The notes under the pieces: generated by a model
Told to the model about the DNA's origin: nothing
What the model saw: only the letters and a program-made list of their open reading frames with translations
Database searches by the model: none
Part shown: positions 1 to 9,143 of the stretch, one piece after another
How the letters are laid out: each line of letters begins with the position of its first letter
Position numbering within the stretch: the first letter of the stretch is position 1
Assembly: GCA_964455135.1 (NCBI GenBank)
Contig: CAYVXN010000001.1
Span: forward strand, 1-34,582
Direction of reading: 5' to 3'
From: an uncultured Mycoplasma sp.
GTDB lineage: Bacteria > Bacillota_I > Bacilli_A > RF39 > UBA660
Length of the DNA stretch: 34,582 nucleotides
Made by a program: the position numbers and the translations under genes

Positions 1-10
1 GATTGGCATT

Positions 11-39
11 ATTATAACACTTTTGACTAAATTTGTCAA
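11..39 (-). promoter_or_regulatory. Consensus sigma-A-type promoter firing leftward out of the window
   Basis: The minus strand reads TTGACA (39-34), a 17-nt spacer, then TGT-TATAAT (19-11). That is a perfect -35, a perfect -10 and a TGn extension. The transcribed gene lies beyond position 1. Confidence 0.55.
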
Positions 40-217
40 ACTTTATTTGATTTGGGATGTAGTAAACTAGATGTGGGAATAAGATTTGTAGGTTTTTATG
101 ATTAATTTATGATAATGTCTTAAGTGTTAACTTGCAAAAATGTCTCGCTATTATATAATATATTTGGTTGATTGTTTTTTAAGGTTTATTGAAACTACTA
201 AAACAAAAAAAGAAATG

Positions 218-751
218 TTATTTTGTATATTTTTCAAACATTTCTTTTATATATAAACTATATTCAATATTTTCATTATTATTCTCTTCTGTTTCGAGTG
301 AACATAATGGTGGAAATAAGATGCACCACCAGTTATCTCCTTTTCCTTTGCCTAGTGTTACAAGTAATGATTCATACTCTCCTTCTTTGTATTTTACTCC
401 TTTATAAGTTTTTTCTGGAAAATAGTGATAACCATAATCTATTTTAAAGTTTTGATTTATATTTTCATTTTTAAGAACTTTTTGAATTGTTTTTTTATAA
501 TTATTTAGGTTGTTTTGAATTATTTTTCTTGAATTTTCTATTGTTTTTGTGTGGTTCAAGTCTTTTTCTATTTCTATTTCTAGATTTGTTTTTACTTGGT
601 TTTTGAGATATTGATCTTTTATATTGTTACTATTTGGTATTATTCTAATTCTTATTGATTTATCTGGAATTATATAATAATCTTCTTTGTATGCTCCTAT
701 TACGTTTATTAAAATAATTAATGATAATATAAAAAGAATAAGTTTTTTCAT
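218..751 (-). CDS. spoIIR: Stage II sporulation protein R (SpoIIR)
   Basis: 177 aa with an N-terminal signal/TM segment. IRIRIIPNSNN matches the SpoIIR IRLRILANSDS motif, and GKGDNWWCILFPPLC matches GDGANWWCVLFPPLC. It sits next to prfA-prmC as in B. subtilis. Confidence 0.9.
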   Translation of the reverse strand: MKKLILFILSLIILINVIGAYKEDYYIIPDKSIRIRIIPNSNNIKDQYLKNQVKTNLEIEIEKDLNHTKTIENSRKIIQNNLNNYKKTIQKVLKNENINQNFKIDYGYHYFPEKTYKGVKYKEGEYESLLVTLGKGKGDNWWCILFPPLCSLETEENNNENIEYSLYIKEMFEKYTK

Positions 752-797
752 TTAATCACCTATATAGTTAATGATACTTATTCTTAGATTTTATTCA

Positions 798-2003
798 TTA
801 TTTTTTTATGTATGCTGCAATAGTGGTATTATCTTTTCCTCCGTTTATTTTATTCATATAAATATCTGGATTATTTTTTATAGCTTTAACCGCTTGTCTT
901 TTTTCTTTTTTAGGAAGATTATCTATTGCTTTTTTTAAATAACTATCGTTTTGGATTGCGTAATTTACGATGTCAGAAGTCATTTTTTCTTTGTTTTTTG
1001 TCATCATTAAGTTTTCTAATTCTTTTTCACTTATACAGTCTGTAACTCCATCACTTACTGCGATTATTCTATCGTAACTTGTGTTTTTTATTATAGAATA
1101 TGATGGCTCTATTGATTCTTTTTGTTTACTAATGCTATTTGTTATTATGTTGCTGTTTCTGTTAAATCTCATTAATTCTTTGTTTGGAATCGCTTTTGTT
1201 TCAAACATTTTTTGTACTATTGAGTCATCTATTGTTTCTTGTATGATTTTTTGGTTTTTCATAGAATATACTCTTGAATCTCCAATATTTGTTATTAGAG
1301 TTTTATCTTTTCCTATTATGACTGCCGATAGTGTTGCAGATGCCTCTTTTGGAGCTTCTAAATCTTTTAAAATATATGGTAACATATTATTAAGAGATGT
1401 TTTTACTTGTTCTATGTCGTTATATAAATTTGGATTTAGATTTTCGAACCAACTGGTAAGTTTTGCAACTATATGACTACTTGCAAGTTCTCCGCCGGCA
1501 TTTCCTCCAACTCCATCTGATACTGCAAGTAATTTAAAATCGTTGTTTAAAGGGTGTTCTAAGATAATCACTGAATCTTCTTGGTTATTTCTTCTTTTTC
1601 CTACATCTTGAGTTGCATACATTGTATCTCCTAGACTATATTCGGAATGCATTAATTTTATTTGTTTTCCGAGAATGATATCTTCTTTACATCTGTTAAT
1701 TACTTTTTCATATATCTTTGTATTTGATATTTTTGTATTTGTTTGCTGACTTATTTTTTGGTCAAAATTTTGTATATTTTCTTTTGATTGATTTATTTTT
1801 TCAAGATAATTGTCTAATTCTTTGTTTGATAGTATTCTTGTTGAATTGGGACAAAAATATTCTTGTTTAAAACCTGGATATTTTTCTTCAATTTTGTTAA
1901 ATTCTTTTGATAAATTATTAGAGCTTATTAAGAATGATTCATTTTTATATACTACTAAAATTATTTGATCTTTATCTTTTATTCCTATTAATATTTTTTC
2001 CAT
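798..2003 (-). CDS. PP2C-family Ser/Thr protein phosphatase with an unrecognised ~130-aa N-terminal extension
   Basis: 401 aa. PP2C motifs are RRNNQEDS, AVSDGVGGNAGGELAS, AVSDGV and a C-terminal GGKDNTTIAAY. There is no TM segment and no adjacent kinase gene. Confidence 0.85.
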   Translation of the reverse strand: MEKILIGIKDKDQIILVVYKNESFLISSNNLSKEFNKIEEKYPGFKQEYFCPNSTRILSNKELDNYLEKINQSKENIQNFDQKISQQTNTKISNTKIYEKVINRCKEDIILGKQIKLMHSEYSLGDTMYATQDVGKRRNNQEDSVIILEHPLNNDFKLLAVSDGVGGNAGGELASSHIVAKLTSWFENLNPNLYNDIEQVKTSLNNMLPYILKDLEAPKEASATLSAVIIGKDKTLITNIGDSRVYSMKNQKIIQETIDDSIVQKMFETKAIPNKELMRFNRNSNIITNSISKQKESIEPSYSIIKNTSYDRIIAVSDGVTDCISEKELENLMMTKNKEKMTSDIVNYAIQNDSYLKKAIDNLPKKEKRQAVKAIKNNPDIYMNKINGGKDNTTIAAYIKK

Positions 2004-2027
2004 TTTACATCGCTTCCTATTGTAAAA

Positions 2028-2056
2028 ATTTTACTAAATTTTTTTGGGATTGTCAA
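2028..2056 (-). promoter_or_regulatory. Candidate sigma-A promoter for the PP2C-spoIIR pair
   Basis: The minus strand reads TTGACA (2056-2051), 17 nt, TAAAAT (2033-2028). The -35 overlaps the prmC TGA stop. An AGGAAG SD lies upstream of the ATG at 2003. Confidence 0.4.
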
Positions 2057-2871
2057 ATACTTACAGAGTATATATATCTGTCAAAACCATTGTAATCTTT
2101 TTTTATTATTACTTTGTCTTTTGGAAATTGTTTTTTGATTAGTTTTTCTATTTTTTCACCTTGATTTTCTCCTATTTCAAAAGCAATGATGTGTTTGTTT
2201 TTTGTGATGGTTTTTATGTCTTTTAGTATATTTCTGTAAAAGTCTAATCCATCTTTTCCTCCGAATAATGCTAGGTGTGGTTCATTTTTTATGACTTGTT
2301 TTTGTACTTGTTTTGAATTTTCATTTATATATGGAGGATTACTTATGATTATATCAAATTCATCTTTTATGTTTTTATATAAATCTGTGTTTATAAATTT
2401 TATATCTGTTTGATGAGTTTTTTGATTTTTTTTAGATACTTTTAGAGCTTTTTTTGATATATCTGTTGCTGTTATTTTTAGATTTTTATTTTCTTTATTT
2501 AGAGTTATTGCTATTATTCCAGAGCCTGTTCCTATATCTAATACTTTTAAGTTTTTATCTTTAAAATGTTTATCTATTAGAGTTAGTGTATCTTTTACTA
2601 AGGTTTCTGTTTCTGGTCTTGGAATTAAAACATTTTTATTAACAAAAAATTCTTCTCCATAGAAATAGGCTTTGTTTGTTATATATTGAATAGGTATATC
2701 TTTTTGAAGTTTTTTTATTATTTTTTGATAAGATTTATACTCTTTTTTTGTTAGTTTTCTTTCTTTGTTTAGAATAATTTCTGGTTTAGATAGATTTAAA
2801 ACTTGCTCTAAGGCAAGTTTTTTTTGTTCTTTTTCTATATTTTCTTCTTGTAATATTTCTTTAATCTTCAT
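2053..2871 (-). CDS. prmC: Release-factor glutamine N5-methyltransferase PrmC (HemK)
   Basis: 272 aa with the SAM motif LDIGTGSGIIA and the catalytic NPPY (ISNPPYI). It overlaps the prfA 3' end by 11 nt, the classical prfA-prmC pairing. Confidence 0.92.
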   Translation of the reverse strand: MKIKEILQEENIEKEQKKLALEQVLNLSKPEIILNKERKLTKKEYKSYQKIIKKLQKDIPIQYITNKAYFYGEEFFVNKNVLIPRPETETLVKDTLTLIDKHFKDKNLKVLDIGTGSGIIAITLNKENKNLKITATDISKKALKVSKKNQKTHQTDIKFINTDLYKNIKDEFDIIISNPPYINENSKQVQKQVIKNEPHLALFGGKDGLDFYRNILKDIKTITKNKHIIAFEIGENQGEKIEKLIKKQFPKDKVIIKKDYNGFDRYIYSVSI

Positions 2872-3922
2872 TTTCTTGTAACTTTCTTTTTTGATCTTCA
2901 GAGATTAGACTTTCTATTACTTCTTCTAATTCTCCTTCAATTATTCTATCTAATTTGTTTAGAGTTAATCCTATTCTGTGATCTGTTACTCTATTTTGAG
3001 GATAGTTGTAAGTTCTTATTTTTTCTGATCTATCTCCAGTTCCTATTTTGCTTCTTCTTTCTATTCCTGATTCTTCTTCTTGTTTTCTTTTTTGTTCTTC
3101 ATATATTTTTGATTTTAGAATTTGAAGTGCTTTTTCTTTGTTTTGCAACTGACTTCTTTCATTTTGACAAGTTACTACTATTCCTGTTGGTAAGTGTGTC
3201 ATTCTTACTGCTGAATCTGTAGTGTTTACTGATTGGCCCCCTGCTCCGCCACTTCTATAAACATCTACTTTGATGTCTTCAGGTTTTACTTCTATTTCTA
3301 CATTTTCTTCTTCAGGCATTACTATTACTGTTGCTGTTGAAGTATGGATTCTGCCACCAGACTCTGTTTGTGGAATTCTTTGAACTCTGTGAGCTCCACT
3401 TTCGTATTTTAATTTTGAATAAACACCCGTTCCTTTGATTAAACATTCTATTTGAGAGAAGCCTCCACTTGAAGATTCTTCAGCGTTTATTATTTCTATT
3501 TTCCAATTTTGCTTTTCTGAGTATCTTTGATACATTCTAAAAAGATCTCCGGCGAAGATATTAGCTTCATCTCCTCCGGCTGCTCCTCTTATTTCCATTA
3601 TGACGTTTTTTTCATCATTTTCATCTTTTGGAAGTAGTAGAATTTCTAATTTTGATTCTAAGTCTTGTTTTTGTTCTTCTAAAGATTTTAAATCTTCTTT
3701 AGCTATATCTTTTAATTCAGGATCTTTTAGTAGTTCTTCATCTTCTGTTATGTTTTTTAATACTTGTTTATATGTTCTATATAAAGATACTGTTTCTTCA
3801 AGACTACTTTGTTTTTTTGATAGTTCTGTTAATAAATTAACATTTTGAAGTGTTTCTGGCTTTGTTAATTCTTTTGTTAATTCTTCATATTTTTTTTCGA
3901 TATTTTCTAATCTATCTATCAT
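2861..3922 (-). CDS. prfA: Peptide chain release factor 1
   Basis: 353 aa with the GGQ motif (SGGAGGQSVNTTDSAVRMTHLPTG) and an RF1-type PxT loop (RIPQTESGGRIHTS). Confidence 0.97.
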   Translation of the reverse strand: MIDRLENIEKKYEELTKELTKPETLQNVNLLTELSKKQSSLEETVSLYRTYKQVLKNITEDEELLKDPELKDIAKEDLKSLEEQKQDLESKLEILLLPKDENDEKNVIMEIRGAAGGDEANIFAGDLFRMYQRYSEKQNWKIEIINAEESSSGGFSQIECLIKGTGVYSKLKYESGAHRVQRIPQTESGGRIHTSTATVIVMPEEENVEIEVKPEDIKVDVYRSGGAGGQSVNTTDSAVRMTHLPTGIVVTCQNERSQLQNKEKALQILKSKIYEEQKRKQEEESGIERRSKIGTGDRSEKIRTYNYPQNRVTDHRIGLTLNKLDRIIEGELEEVIESLISEDQKRKLQENED

Positions 3923-3933
3923 ATTATCACCTT

Positions 3934-4365
3934 CTAGTTTTCTTCTAGGCTATCTTCATCTACAATTACTAAGTTTTTATATTCCTCAGTTACATCTGAA
4001 ATATCATCATCTGTATCCTCTATAAAGGTTTCCTCTGGTTCTTTTTCCGTTTCTATATCATCATAATCTTCAATATCTTCTTCGTAATCTTCTAAGTCTT
4101 CTTCTAAAGTAATATTTGTGGATTTGTGGTTTTGTCTTAAATCCCAATTTCCGTTTTCAAGGAGAATGAATCTTTTATCGTTGGTTAGTGCAGTGTAAAA
4201 TTCCCCTATTTTACTTTCTAATGTACTTTTTGGTAGTTCTAACATTTCTACTATTTTACTAAATATCTCTAAAGTAGATTGTTCTTTTGTTTCTTTTAAT
4301 AAAAAAATTGCAATATCATTATAAGACATTAATTCTAAGTCTTCTTTTGTTAATTTTTTTGCCAT
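3934..4365 (-). CDS. rpoE: RNA polymerase delta subunit (RpoE)
   Basis: The N-terminal HARE-HTH-like region (MSYNDIAIFLLKE ... FYTALTNDKRFILLENGNWDLR) is followed by a long D/E-rich acidic tail. I prefer the ATG at 4365 (MAKKLTKEDL), which follows AAAGGGTG. The track start at 4389 has no SD. Confidence 0.85.
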   Translation of the reverse strand: MAKKLTKEDLELMSYNDIAIFLLKETKEQSTLEIFSKIVEMLELPKSTLESKIGEFYTALTNDKRFILLENGNWDLRQNHKSTNITLEEDLEDYEEDIEDYDDIETEKEPEETFIEDTDDDISDVTEEYKNLVIVDEDSLEEN

Positions 4366-4460
4366 AATTACACCCTTTCTTTTAATCATTATATGTTAAT
4401 ATATGTTATTGTTTCTTAGTATGTTTTAGGAAAATTGTTTTTTTCTCCTATCGATAATTA

Positions 4461-4489
4461 ATAATAACTTGTTTGTTATAATTAGTCAA
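4461..4489 (-). promoter_or_regulatory. Candidate promoter for rpoE-prfA-prmC
   Basis: The minus strand reads TTGACT (4489-4484), 17 nt, TATTAT (4466-4461). This would give a ~95-nt leader. Confidence 0.3.
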
Positions 4490-4524
4490 CGAAAAATTAG
4501 TGAAATGTCTATGAAATTTTTACT

Positions 4525-4884
4525 TTAAATTATTTTATATTCTATTTTTAGCTTAAATATGTCGTTTTCTATTTGATAAATTCCTATTATTTTGGTTTTT
4601 TCTTTGTTAAATTTGTTTATTTTTATTGGAAAAGTTGTGCTTTTGTTTTCTTGTTTTAAATGGTATTTTATTTGTTTATTTAGAAAATCTATATTCATTT
4701 CTATTTCTTCATTTTCTCTTGTTAAAATATTATTTTTGAGGTCAAAAGATATTTTTGTAATGTTATCATTGTTGTCTGTGCAGTGAATTATTTCATTATA
4801 TTTTGTACCATTATTATTTATTTTATATTCATTTACTTCTATGTATACTTTAATTTTTTGTATTTCTTTAATTAATTCTTTCAT
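4525..4884 (-). CDS. Hypothetical protein, possibly a DUF1934-like small beta-barrel
   Basis: 119 aa with a GGTGAT SD-like element before the ATG. Alternating hydrophobic beta-strand pattern. It has the A/C-ending codon style shared by all minus-strand genes here. The family assignment is only a guess. Confidence 0.55.
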   Translation of the reverse strand: MKELIKEIQKIKVYIEVNEYKINNNGTKYNEIIHCTDNNDNITKISFDLKNNILTRENEEIEMNIDFLNKQIKYHLKQENKSTTFPIKINKFNKEKTKIIGIYQIENDIFKLKIEYKII

Positions 4885-4981
4885 GTCATCACCATTTCAG
4901 TAGGATTATAGCATATCTTTTGATTATTTTACATATTTTTTTGATTTTTTTTCATACTAATTCTAGAAAAGGAGCCTTGTT

Positions 4982-6931
4982 ATGAAAACTAAAGTTTGTA
5001 AAATTACTATTAAATGTATGCTTGTTTTGATATTTGTTTTTATTTGTTTTAATTTGATAGGGTTTTTGTATGCTGTTATAACTCCAAAACTTGATATTAG
5101 TGATGCTAATGCATTTTCTGTTTATGATAATAAAAAAAATCTTGTTTTTCAAGGAAATGGAAATGATTCTTGGGTTTCTTTAAGTGATATGAATGATAAT
5201 ATTATTAATGCTACAATTAGTGTTGAAGATAAAAATTTTTATAAACATTGGGGATTTGATTTTCCTAGAATTGCTAAAGCTCTTTTGGTTAATATTGCTT
5301 CTGGTCAGGTAGAGCAGGGGGCTTCTTCTATTACACAGCAATATGCTAAAAACTTGTTTTTAGATTTTGAAAAGTCTTGGTCTAGAAAATGGAAGGAAAT
5401 GTGGCTTACTTATGAACTTGAGGCTCATTATACTAAGGATGAAATTTTAGAAGGTTATCTTAATACTATTAATTATGGTCATGGAATGTATGGAATTAGT
5501 AATGCTAGCAAGTATTATTTTAATAAGGATGTTAAGGATCTTACTTTAGCTGAGGCTTCTATACTTGCAGGTATTCCAAATAGTCCTTCTGATTATTCTC
5601 CGATTGATAATTATGAACTGTCTAAAAAACGACAAAATGTGGTGTTGGAGAGAATGTATAATAATGATTATATAAATGAGCGTGAAAGGGATAATGCTTA
5701 TGATGTTAAACTTGTTTTTAAAAATGATGAGTTTGGAAATGATCTTACTTCACTTATTTATTATAACGATGCTGTTATGAATGAGCTTAATAGTTTAGAT
5801 AGCATTCCTAGTAGTTATTTGGATACTGGCAATATTAAAATTTATACTACTTTAGATGTCGATGCTCAAAAATCATTAGAAAAGGGACTGAAAGAGAATG
5901 CTACTGATGATAGAGTAGAGACTTCAAAAATAATGATGAATCCAAATAATGGGGGAATTATTGCATTAATTGGGGGAATTAATTATGGAAAAAGTCAGTT
6001 TAATCGTGCTATTAATTCTTATAGACAACCTGGTTCTACGTTAAAACCTTTTTTGTATTATAAAGCTATTGAAAATGGTTTTACTGCTAGTACTACATTT
6101 TTTAGTAAAGAAACTAGTTTTTATTTTGATAATAAAAAGACATATTCTCCGAAAAATTATGGTAATATTTACGCTAACAAAGAAATTTCTCTTGCCGCTG
6201 CAATTGCTTATTCTGATAATATTTATGCTGTTAAAACTCATTTGTTTTTAGGAGAAGATGAATTATATAATACACTAAAAAAGGGTGGGCTTACTTCAAA
6301 AATTGATAAATCTCCTTCGCTTGCTTTGGGTACGTATGAGGTTAATATAATGGAATTATCTGCTTTGTATTCTGCTCTTAGTAATGGTGGTAAAAAAGTA
6401 GAGCCTCATTTAATTTCTAAGGTGGTTGATAAAAATGGAAATGTTTTATATGAATATGAGAAAAAAAAAGAGGAAATTATTTTTAATAGTGATGTTACTT
6501 TTATTATTAGTGAACTTCTTACAGGAACTTATGATTTTAATTTAATTGATTATACTTATCCAACTTGCATAAGTATGGCACCTAATATTACTAATAAATA
6601 CGCTATTAAAACAGGAAGTACTGATACTGATTCTTGGGTTGTTGGTTATACTCCAGAAGTTGTTTTTGCTTCTTGGGCTGGTTACGATGATAGTTCTGAT
6701 ATTTCAACTGATGTTACTATTGGTAATAAAAAATCTTGGATTACTACTATGGAAGAATTTTTTAAAAATAAAGAAGCAACTTGGTATAAAGTGCCAGAGG
6801 ATGTAGTAGGGGTTTTAGTTAATCCGATTACTGGTAATGTTGTTAGTAGTGATAAAGAAAATAAAAAAATTTTATATTATTTAGAGGGTACTGAACCGAT
6901 TAGAGAGGAGAAAAGTTATGATAAGACGTAA
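4982..6931 (+). CDS. Class A penicillin-binding protein (bifunctional glycosyltransferase/transpeptidase)
   Basis: 649 aa with an N-terminal TM anchor. GT51 motifs are EDKNFYKHWGFD and GASSITQQYAKN. Transpeptidase motifs are STLK (SxxK), SDN and KTGST. An AAAGGAG SD precedes the ATG. Confidence 0.95.
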   Translation: MKTKVCKITIKCMLVLIFVFICFNLIGFLYAVITPKLDISDANAFSVYDNKKNLVFQGNGNDSWVSLSDMNDNIINATISVEDKNFYKHWGFDFPRIAKALLVNIASGQVEQGASSITQQYAKNLFLDFEKSWSRKWKEMWLTYELEAHYTKDEILEGYLNTINYGHGMYGISNASKYYFNKDVKDLTLAEASILAGIPNSPSDYSPIDNYELSKKRQNVVLERMYNNDYINERERDNAYDVKLVFKNDEFGNDLTSLIYYNDAVMNELNSLDSIPSSYLDTGNIKIYTTLDVDAQKSLEKGLKENATDDRVETSKIMMNPNNGGIIALIGGINYGKSQFNRAINSYRQPGSTLKPFLYYKAIENGFTASTTFFSKETSFYFDNKKTYSPKNYGNIYANKEISLAAAIAYSDNIYAVKTHLFLGEDELYNTLKKGGLTSKIDKSPSLALGTYEVNIMELSALYSALSNGGKKVEPHLISKVVDKNGNVLYEYEKKKEEIIFNSDVTFIISELLTGTYDFNLIDYTYPTCISMAPNITNKYAIKTGSTDTDSWVVGYTPEVVFASWAGYDDSSDISTDVTIGNKKSWITTMEEFFKNKEATWYKVPEDVVGVLVNPITGNVVSSDKENKKILYYLEGTEPIREEKSYDKT

Positions 6932-7088
6932 GGATGACGATAGTATAAATCGTGAATATTTGTATTATTTAATGAATGATATTGGACTTTTAAATGATTA
7001 TGAACTTTACGAAGCTGGTATAACTTTTGATGAATTTGATAATCCTGATGATGAAGTTTTGGAAAAACTTGAGGATTATAGAGATAAG
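6918..7088 (+). CDS. Small acidic hypothetical protein (56 aa), below the ORF-track cutoff
   Basis: ATG at 6918 lies 7 nt after GGAG (6907-6910) and overlaps the PBP stop by 14 nt. Translation: MIRRKDDDSINREYLYYLMNDIGLLNDYELYEAGITFDEFDNPDDEVLEKLEDYKR. It has the G/T-ending codon style of plus-strand genes and is followed by a strong terminator. Confidence 0.55.
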
Positions 7089-7117
7089 CAAAGTTAAAAT
7101 AATTTTTGTTGTTTATA

Positions 7118-7153
7118 AAAAAAATTGGATTATGTTAGATCCAATTTTTTTTA
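7118..7153. terminator. Bidirectional intrinsic terminator between the small ORF (+) and typA (-)
   Basis: AATTGGAT (7124-7131) pairs with ATCCAATT (7140-7147) around an 8-nt loop. An A-run on the left and a T-run on the right supply a U-tract on either strand. Confidence 0.7.
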
Positions 7154-7176
7154 TTTTGTTAATCTTTTTGTAAAAA

Positions 7177-8973
7177 TTATTTTTTATTTCTATATCTTTC
7201 TTTATCGTCTAAAATCTTTTTTCTAAGTCTAATAGCCTCTGGGGTTACTTCAACAAGTTCATCATCTTCGATAAATTCTAAGGCTTCTTCTAATGTAAAT
7301 ATTTTAGGTTTAATTAGAGTAAGAGCTTCGTCTGATCCTGCTGCTCTTGTATTAGTAAGTTGTTTGTTTTTACAAGGGTTAACATTTAAGTCATTGTCAC
7401 GATTATGAATTCCAATTATCATTCCTTTATATACATCGACACTTGGCCCTACAAGCATTGTACCTCTGTCACTTAGATTAAATAGGGAATATGCCATAGT
7501 TTTACCATCTTCCATTGATACTAAAACACCGTTTTTTCTTCTTTTTATGAAACCAACGTATGGTTTAAAACTATGAAAACTTCTTACCATGATACCTTCG
7601 CCTTTAGTATTGGTAATAAAACTACTGCGATATCCTATTAATCCTCGAGTAGGAACTAGGAAGGTAAGTTTAGTATAATTATCATCATTTGTAACAGATT
7701 CCATTATTCCTTTTCTTTCGTTTAAGTCATTTATAATTGTACCAGCATATTCATTTGGACAATTTATTAATACTTCTTCGAAAGGTTCGCATTTTATGTT
7801 ATCTATTTCTTTAAATAATACTTCTGGTTTTGAAACACTAAGTTCATATCCTTCACGACGCATATTTTCAAGAAGAATAGATAAGTGAAGTTCTCCACGT
7901 CCTGATACTTTATATCCATCGCTGTCTTTTAATTCTTCAACTTTTAATCCTACATTTGTTTCTAGTTCTCTATCTAGTCTTTCTTTGATATGACGATTTG
8001 TTAGAAATTTACCACTTTTACCAGCAAATGGTGAGGAATTTACTAAGAAATTCATAGAAAGAGTAGGTTCTTCAATAATAATAGGGTCAAGTGGAATTAT
8101 ATTATCTTTGTCACAAATTGTATCTCCAACTTTAATGTCTGGAGATGATGCTGTTATTACTATGTCACCATATCTTGCTTCTTTAACTTCTTTTCTTTTT
8201 ATTCCTTCGTTTACAAAAATTTTGTTAATTCTTACATTTTCTGTAGTACCATCATTTTTACTAATTGCTACCATCATGCCTGTTTTTATAATTCCTTTAG
8301 TTATTCTTCCAATTCCAAGTCTTCCTAAATAGTCATCATAAGAAAGTGATGATATTTGAAGTTGTAATGGATCTGTTTCTGTTCCTTCGAGTAGCTTTGT
8401 ATTTTCTATGACTGTATCAAGAAGAGGAAAAATGCTACTACTTTCATCTTCTAAATTTATTTTTGCTATTCCTTGTTTTGCTATTCCATATACGATAGGA
8501 AAATCAAGTTGTTTGTCATTTGCATTAAGTTCTACAAATAAATCAAAAGTCATATTTACTACATCATCTATTCTAGCATCTTTTTTATCTATTTTATTGA
8601 TAAAAAGAATAGGGTTTAAGTTGTTTTTTAGTGCTTGTTCTAATACGAATCTTGTTTGTGGCATTACTCCTTCTTTTGAATCAACCATTAGTATTACTGT
8701 ATCTACTGTTTTTATGATTCTTTCTACTTCTGATGAAAAATCTGCGTGTCCTGGAGTGTCTACTATATTTATTTTGTAATCTTTATATCTTATTGAACAA
8801 TTTTTTGAATAAATTGTTATCCCACGTTCTTTTTCTAGATCATTGCTATCCATTATTTGATGAGTTTCTAATTCTTTTTCTAGGGCGCCACACTGAGAAA
8901 GTAAAGCATCTACTAAGGTACTTTTTCCTACGTCAACGTGTGCTACTACTGCTATGTTTAATATTTTATCCAT
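7177..8973 (-). CDS. typA: Translational GTPase TypA/BipA
   Basis: 598 aa. Motifs are AHVDVGKSTLVDALL, MDSNDLEKERGITI, DTPGHADF, NKIDK and the BipA-specific C-terminal domain. Confidence 0.96.
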   Translation of the reverse strand: MDKILNIAVVAHVDVGKSTLVDALLSQCGALEKELETHQIMDSNDLEKERGITIYSKNCSIRYKDYKINIVDTPGHADFSSEVERIIKTVDTVILMVDSKEGVMPQTRFVLEQALKNNLNPILFINKIDKKDARIDDVVNMTFDLFVELNANDKQLDFPIVYGIAKQGIAKINLEDESSSIFPLLDTVIENTKLLEGTETDPLQLQISSLSYDDYLGRLGIGRITKGIIKTGMMVAISKNDGTTENVRINKIFVNEGIKRKEVKEARYGDIVITASSPDIKVGDTICDKDNIIPLDPIIIEEPTLSMNFLVNSSPFAGKSGKFLTNRHIKERLDRELETNVGLKVEELKDSDGYKVSGRGELHLSILLENMRREGYELSVSKPEVLFKEIDNIKCEPFEEVLINCPNEYAGTIINDLNERKGIMESVTNDDNYTKLTFLVPTRGLIGYRSSFITNTKGEGIMVRSFHSFKPYVGFIKRRKNGVLVSMEDGKTMAYSLFNLSDRGTMLVGPSVDVYKGMIIGIHNRDNDLNVNPCKNKQLTNTRAAGSDEALTLIKPKIFTLEEALEFIEDDELVEVTPEAIRLRKKILDDKERYRNKK

Positions 8974-9002
8974 TTTTACATCTCCCTTGCATAGACCTTC
9001 AC

Positions 9003-9031
9003 ATTATACCAAATGTTGGTGTTTTATGCAA
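9003..9031 (-). promoter_or_regulatory. Sigma-A promoter of typA
   Basis: The minus strand reads TTGCAT (9031-9026), 17 nt, TGG-TATAAT (9008-9003), with a TGn extension. It lies ~25 nt upstream of an AGGGAG SD and the typA ATG. Confidence 0.6.
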
Positions 9032-9143
9032 CATAAAGTTTTTGTTATTTAATATTATAAAAAAATAAAAAAGATATAATTAAAAAATAAATAAATTGTT
9101 TTAAAACTTATACTTATTCGTTTAATTTATCTTTTTTGTTCTA

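Noticed and set aside
132-159. Plus-strand promoter-like TTGCAA, 16 nt, TATAAT downstream of spoIIR.
   Set aside because: It would only drive antisense transcription into spoIIR, and there is no plausible plus-strand gene. Such near-consensus hexamer pairs are expected by chance in DNA this AT-rich. An antisense RNA cannot be excluded, but nothing supports one.
189-447. ORFs 189-407 and 223-447 on the plus strand.
   Set aside because: They are antisense to spoIIR, which has clear family motifs. Their composition is low-complexity and there is no SD.
2636-2644. Isolated perfect DnaA-box 9-mers inside coding regions (2636-2644 in prmC, 3827-3835 in prfA, 34146-34154 in gyrA).
   Set aside because: A rough base-composition estimate predicts a few chance hits of TTATTAACA or its complement in 34.6 kb. 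These are single, unphased and intragenic, unlike the clustered intergenic boxes.
8974-9143. The 170-bp AT-rich spacer between the hydrolase gene and typA, considered as a possible small gene or sRNA.
   Set aside because: It contains no ORF with an SD and no stable hairpin or terminator. Apart from the typA promoter, it is featureless A/T sequence.
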